DNA of 64,000 nt. Origin: Thermodesulfobacteriota bacterium (lineage in GTDB: Bacteria; Desulfobacterota_D; UBA1144; Nemesobacterales; JAJCZQ01). Positions 59,559 through 64,000 of the stretch are shown one piece after another. The position numbers and the translations under genes were made by a program. The DNA lies in assembly GCA_965203965.1 (NCBI GenBank), contig CBDBDR010000017.1:96001-160000 (forward strand), given 5' to 3'. Positions within the stretch are counted from its first letter, which is position 1. Each line of letters opens with the position of its first letter. The notes beneath the pieces were generated by a model. The model did not search any database. It was not told where the DNA came from and saw only the letters and a list, made by a program, of their open reading frames with translations.

Positions 59559-62345
59559 TTAATCAAGCAATTGCCCACTAAACGATTTTTCAAAATTATT
59601 TTCTGTCTTTTTATTAAACAAAGGCAAACCTATCAATTTGTACTCTTTGTTTTCATCTTTCAATAAAGTGCTATTGCCGTACTTATAGGTAATTTGTTGC
59701 AAAAAATCTTCTTTCCAGCTCTCTTTGCTCTCTTTAAATCTGCCTTCTTTATCCGCGAATTGTCCGCCTTTCGGCTCAATAAAAATCTGATAATATAGAT
59801 TTCTTTTTTCCCCTTGCAAAAATAATAAAAAGTCCGGCCCAAATCCTCGTCCTTTTTCAAAATCGTAGATTTTGTAAACTTCTTCATTTCTCAACAAATA
59901 AACCTCGTTAAATTTTTCTTCCAAATTTCCGATTTTATTTTTCACAAATTCCAATAATTCTCTTTCTTCGCTTGTTCCATTGAACCCATTAAGCACATAC
60001 CAGCTATGTCGCAATAATTCCTCTTCAAGATTTCTACTTTCTTCGTCAATAATTACGCTTTTTTCTTTTTCTTCTCCAAATAAGTCATCAAATGAAAAAG
60101 ACTTAAATTTTTCTGTTCCTTTGTGCGGATTAGTAATTTCTCGTAATTTTTGCGTAAATTCTTCAAAAAAATTCAACAGTAGATCCAACTTTTCTTCGTT
60201 GGCGATGTCATTCAAATCATTTTTATCTTTAGTAGTAATTATGTTGATTTTGAAATTGCCAATAAACTCTTCCATAAAAATATCATCAACGCTGTTTATA
60301 TTTAATTCGTTTTGCAAATTATCAAAACGCAAAAGCGATAAATCCTTCTTAGCTTTTTTATTAATTGCCTTTGCTACAATATGTTTTTCAAAATCAGCAA
60401 GTTTTTTATTTATCGTTTTGCGGTCTATCCTCAAACTCTCGGCAAGAATTTCATCTGTATTTTTGTCTAAAACAACCTGTTGCTCTTTTAGTGTAAATTC
60501 CCTCGTTTTATATTCAAAAAGAAACTCTTTTTCCAGTTCAGATAACGTTTTTTTTCTTTTTTCTGGATTGCTCACTCTCTCATTTTTCCAAACTTTTATT
60601 TCCTTAAAAAATTCGCTTTGCTTAAAATCTTCTTTCAGAGCGAATTTTTTAATCACACGATTGTCTTTTATAAATCCTTTATTTTTAAGTTCTCGTTTTA
60701 ATTCATCAAGGTAACGAACATCATCATCGCTGTGGTAATAGAATTCTTCTAAAACACGGAGAGGATTTTCTAAATCATTATCAAACTTTCTTTTATTTCT
60801 TTCGTGTTGGTTATAGTCAAACGGGAAATAACGCACGCCTCGTCCGATAAGTTGTATTTCTTGCACAGTTGCCTGCCCGGCTACTCTGCGTCCGTTCTGG
60901 CGCCCTTCATCACGACCCTCGTAAAGCCGGACGATATCAAAGAGATTAAGCACATCCCAGCCTTCAGTTAGACGGTTTACTGTAAAAACTGCTCGAATAT
61001 GATTGTTTTTATCCTCTAAGCTATTAAGTAATTGTTCCTGCTCGTCTGTCGTCTTTTCTTTGGTTGTTGCTTTATTATCTTCTGAGTTAGTGATTATGCA
61101 ATTCTTCTCTGCGAATTCGTCTTTAAGATAATTAACAATATCTCTGATATTTGTTCTCTCCTCTCTAATAAATGCAAGCATTTGTCTAACTCTACTTTTG
61201 CCTTGCTCATACGAACTAAAAGAACTTGCCTGATCTTCTTTAATGCTATTTTCAACATTTCTCAAAAAGTTAAAATTTTTTGGTCTTAAATCGGTAATCA
61301 ACGAAATAAAATTTGAATAATCGTTTTTTGATTCTTCAATAAATTTGCTTCTAAACAATATCACTGGCTTGAAATTGGCAACGTTATTTTTTAGAGCAAT
61401 TTGATGACGATACCAGTTGAAGAGCATAACTAATAAAATCTTTTCTCTCTTTCTTAGTGAAGTGGAAACAAGATTTATTTCTTTGGTGTATCCAGCGTTT
61501 AGAAAATCAACAAGTTCAAATTTATAAATAGTCTTCGTGCGATATTTTTCTATAACATCAGCATTTTTGGGTATGGTTGCAGTAAACTCCAATAAAACAT
61601 TCCTATTTTCTTTTTCTTGTTTAATTTTGCCTTTCCCTAAAATTTTATTTATTACTGTATTTTCCCAACTTTTTTCAACATCTTTTTCACTAGCATTTTC
61701 TTGCAACTTCATTGGCAAATTCATTTCCACTTGTCCGCTTCTCATTGTAGAAGCGTTGAGGTGATGGGCTTCATCGCCAATCATCACTAAATCTCTTTTT
61801 TGCAACTCCCCCAGAGTAACAGAATTTTCTTTTGCTACATAAACTGCATTATGAAGTTTATGGATTGAGGTAAATTTAATTTGAATATCGTCGGTATCGT
61901 CAAAGGTTTCCACTTTGCGGATATTGATAGTTTTGTCATCAATAACAATGTTCTGTCTAAATTCGTATTTTGTATGGTGTTTATTGATAAAATTATTTTC
62001 CGTTTTATCAACTATATTGTTTTGATTTACAAAAAATATAAAATGCCGATAACCTTTTTTGTAATATTGTAAAATAAGAGCCGCCATCAGCATTGTTTTG
62101 CCGGTACCGGTTGCCATATTAAACATTAAATGAGTTGGTTCGTTTTTGTCTTCTACAAATTTATCTTTTCGCTTTTCAAAAACATCAAAATACTGCATTG
62201 CGTCTTTTTGCCAATACCAAAAATCATGTTTCAAATTGCTCGTAATATAATCCGGTGCGATGTATTCTTCATCAGCTATATCAAGATAAATTTTGATTTT
62301 ATGAAACAGACTGTTGTCCGCAAATAATGGATTTTGATCAGGCAT
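59559..62345 (-). CDS. res: Type III restriction endonuclease Res subunit
   Basis: FNMATGTGKT, DEAHH, EFTAT, LTEGWDV, QLIGRG, C-terminal PDFLL...IEPKG nuclease motif; directly downstream of mod. Confidence 0.92.
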   Translation of the reverse strand: MPDQNPLFADNSLFHKIKIYLDIADEEYIAPDYITSNLKHDFWYWQKDAMQYFDVFEKRKDKFVEDKNEPTHLMFNMATGTGKTMLMAALILQYYKKGYRHFIFFVNQNNIVDKTENNFINKHHTKYEFRQNIVIDDKTINIRKVETFDDTDDIQIKFTSIHKLHNAVYVAKENSVTLGELQKRDLVMIGDEAHHLNASTMRSGQVEMNLPMKLQENASEKDVEKSWENTVINKILGKGKIKQEKENRNVLLEFTATIPKNADVIEKYRTKTIYKFELVDFLNAGYTKEINLVSTSLRKREKILLVMLFNWYRHQIALKNNVANFKPVILFRSKFIEESKNDYSNFISLITDLRPKNFNFLRNVENSIKEDQASSFSSYEQGKSRVRQMLAFIREERTNIRDIVNYLKDEFAEKNCIITNSEDNKATTKEKTTDEQEQLLNSLEDKNNHIRAVFTVNRLTEGWDVLNLFDIVRLYEGRDEGRQNGRRVAGQATVQEIQLIGRGVRYFPFDYNQHERNKRKFDNDLENPLRVLEEFYYHSDDDVRYLDELKRELKNKGFIKDNRVIKKFALKEDFKQSEFFKEIKVWKNERVSNPEKRKKTLSELEKEFLFEYKTREFTLKEQQVVLDKNTDEILAESLRIDRKTINKKLADFEKHIVAKAINKKAKKDLSLLRFDNLQNELNINSVDDIFMEEFIGNFKINIITTKDKNDLNDIANEEKLDLLLNFFEEFTQKLREITNPHKGTEKFKSFSFDDLFGEEKEKSVIIDEESRNLEEELLRHSWYVLNGFNGTSEERELLEFVKNKIGNLEEKFNEVYLLRNEEVYKIYDFEKGRGFGPDFLLFLQGEKRNLYYQIFIEPKGGQFADKEGRFKESKESWKEDFLQQITYKYGNSTLLKDENKEYKLIGLPLFNKKTENNFEKSFSGQLLD

Positions 62346-62347
62346 AG

Positions 62348-64000
62348 TTATTTTTTGATGTTATAAAATTTCTCACTCAAAGCAATATCATCTTTGGAAA
62401 GATTATATTTTGTATCTGCCCGTTCACTGAAATTGACATACATTTGATTCATATCCAACATTTCTACAAACAGTTTTTTCTGTTCGTCCAAATTTAAATT
62501 TTTAAACCCTTCTTCTTTGAGTATTTTTTCTTTAAACTCCTTTGTTTTAACATTGTAATTTAGAAAATATCGCTCATAGAGTTCATCGAAAAGTTTTTCC
62601 AATTCCTTCAAGTTTTTTGCTTTTAATATATTTTCTTTTGCTTTTTCATTCCATTTTACAAGTTCACAGTAAATGAAATTGCCACTGCCTTGCCAGTCTA
62701 CAGATTTAGAAATACCGGTTTGATCTCCATTAATAACATTTCTTAATCTTGTCTCGGGATTACTTTCACCATAATCAAGTTGTTCTATCCCAATGTACTG
62801 CCTGCCTGTTTTGTGAGCGATAGCTAAAGTTGTTCCACTACCAGCGTGGTAATCAAGAACAATATCATTTTTATCTGTAATTAAATCAACAATAGTTTTT
62901 AATAGATACTCTGGTTTTTTCCCATTTTCAAGAGTTACTCCGCCTTCTGGACCAATACCAAGAAACGAAATATCTGTCCACAAGTTAGTTAAAATTTCAG
63001 CCGGAACGTATTCCCCATCAATCTTTTTAAACTTTGAACCAAAAAAAGCTAGTGTCCTGCCATTGAAACAATACACAGGTTCTGAGTTTTCCCTTTCTGC
63101 AAGGAAAACTTTATCTCTATTATTTTTAGATTGATTTATAACTTTTTGAATTTTTTTTGAAGGCTTTTGCAGAGTATTTAAACTAACTACTCTCTCTCTG
63201 TTTTCAAATGCAAATTTTTCCATTTCTTCAAATCTTTTCTTTTTCCAGTTGCTGCCAATTTTCTTTTTATACTCAATATAATTTTTACAGCCATGTTCTT
63301 TGTGAATTAAATCGGCTAACTTTGTTAATTGCCAATCTTTCAGTTCTTTTTCATAATTACTTATAAAATGAGAATAATCTTCAGAGTATCCAGTTTCGCG
63401 ATAAATTTGATTTGGTTTGAAATTTGTAGATTTAGAATAAGCAAGAACATATTCGGTTACATTAACAGGGCAATCATTTATCGAACGATAACTGGCGGTT
63501 GTACCTGCTTTAAGCGTGATAATAGGTAATTTGTTTTCTCTGCCAAAAATATCATCTAAAAGAATTGAAACATAGCCTAACTCAATGTGATTTATTGAAA
63601 CAAAAATGACACCGTTTTTATCTAATAAAGTTTTAGCAATCTCCAATCTGTTCTTCATAAAGGTGAGCCATGAAGAATGGTTAAATCTATCATTATAAGC
63701 AAAACTATCTGTTTCCGTATTGTATGGTGGATCAATATAAATCAGCTTTATTTTTCCTGTAAATTGCTCTTTGAGAGAATGCAAAGCTAGTAAGTTATTT
63801 CCTTTGATAACCAGATTTTCTTTTATTGTTCCGTCTTTATCTCTCTTAATTTCCTTTACTTTTTCTTTGCCTTTAGCACTATATCTCTTCCAGTTTTCAA
63901 AAACTTTCGGATCTTCAAGACGGTCAATTTCATCTTTTGCTAAAACTTCGTTAAAAAATATCTCGTTTCGTTTTTGGTCTTCTTTGGTCATTCCGCCTTC
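62348..64000 (-). CDS. mod: Type III modification methyltransferase Mod (5' end outside the window)
   Basis: NLVIKGNNL, IYIDPPYN, WLTFMKNRL, GKKPE, LDYHAGSGTT, GIEQ. The frame is open to the window edge (EGGMTKEDQKRNEIFF), which looks like an internal segment. Confidence 0.92.
   Translation of the reverse strand, partial: EGGMTKEDQKRNEIFFNEVLAKDEIDRLEDPKVFENWKRYSAKGKEKVKEIKRDKDGTIKENLVIKGNNLLALHSLKEQFTGKIKLIYIDPPYNTETDSFAYNDRFNHSSWLTFMKNRLEIAKTLLDKNGVIFVSINHIELGYVSILLDDIFGRENKLPIITLKAGTTASYRSINDCPVNVTEYVLAYSKSTNFKPNQIYRETGYSEDYSHFISNYEKELKDWQLTKLADLIHKEHGCKNYIEYKKKIGSNWKKKRFEEMEKFAFENRERVVSLNTLQKPSKKIQKVINQSKNNRDKVFLAERENSEPVYCFNGRTLAFFGSKFKKIDGEYVPAEILTNLWTDISFLGIGPEGGVTLENGKKPEYLLKTIVDLITDKNDIVLDYHAGSGTTLAIAHKTGRQYIGIEQLDYGESNPETRLRNVINGDQTGISKSVDWQGSGNFIYCELVKWNEKAKENILKAKNLKELEKLFDELYERYFLNYNVKTKEFKEKILKEEGFKNLNLDEQKKLFVEMLDMNQMYVNFSERADTKYNLSKDDIALSEKFYNIKK

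Overview
This is a low-GC, gene-dense bacterial chromosomal window from a diderm organism. Its gene order resembles Desulfobacterota/deltaproteobacteria (ftsH-folP-cdaA-cdaR-glmM-pdxJ-acpS; metK-ahcY-xerD-S2P-scpA-scpB; long-form hflX), and Ca. Dadabacteria is a plausible but unproven guess. Most of it is housekeeping: mutL, gmhA, efp, murI, clpS/clpA, a LonC-type protease, recR/ybaB, dtd, mlaEFD, alr, ybeY, rpe and folC. Two accessory defence loci stand out. The first (about 21.3-26.4 kb) is a roughly 1,500-codon nuclease-helicase-methyltransferase (Type ISP/IIL-like) gene broken by one in-frame TGA, lying directly behind an uncalled, decayed IS1595-family transposase. The second (59.5-64 kb) is a Type III R-M mod-res pair that runs off the window. 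Features missed by the ORF track are: an ATA-initiated N-terminal extension of hflX, a 38-aa probably leaderless membrane microprotein with a near-consensus promoter, a partial secreted tandem-domain gene at the left edge, and the IS remnant. The best candidates for uncharacterised systems are an aromatic-repeat secreted protein heading an mlaE-mlaF-mlaD operon that lacks mlaA/B/C, a DnaD-like plus DnaC-like pair, a FemAB-like GNAT fused into the clpS-clpA operon, and an extended nitroreductase with a 63-aa partner. I recognised no rRNA, tRNA or CRISPR array. All family calls come from motif recognition by eye; no database searches were run.
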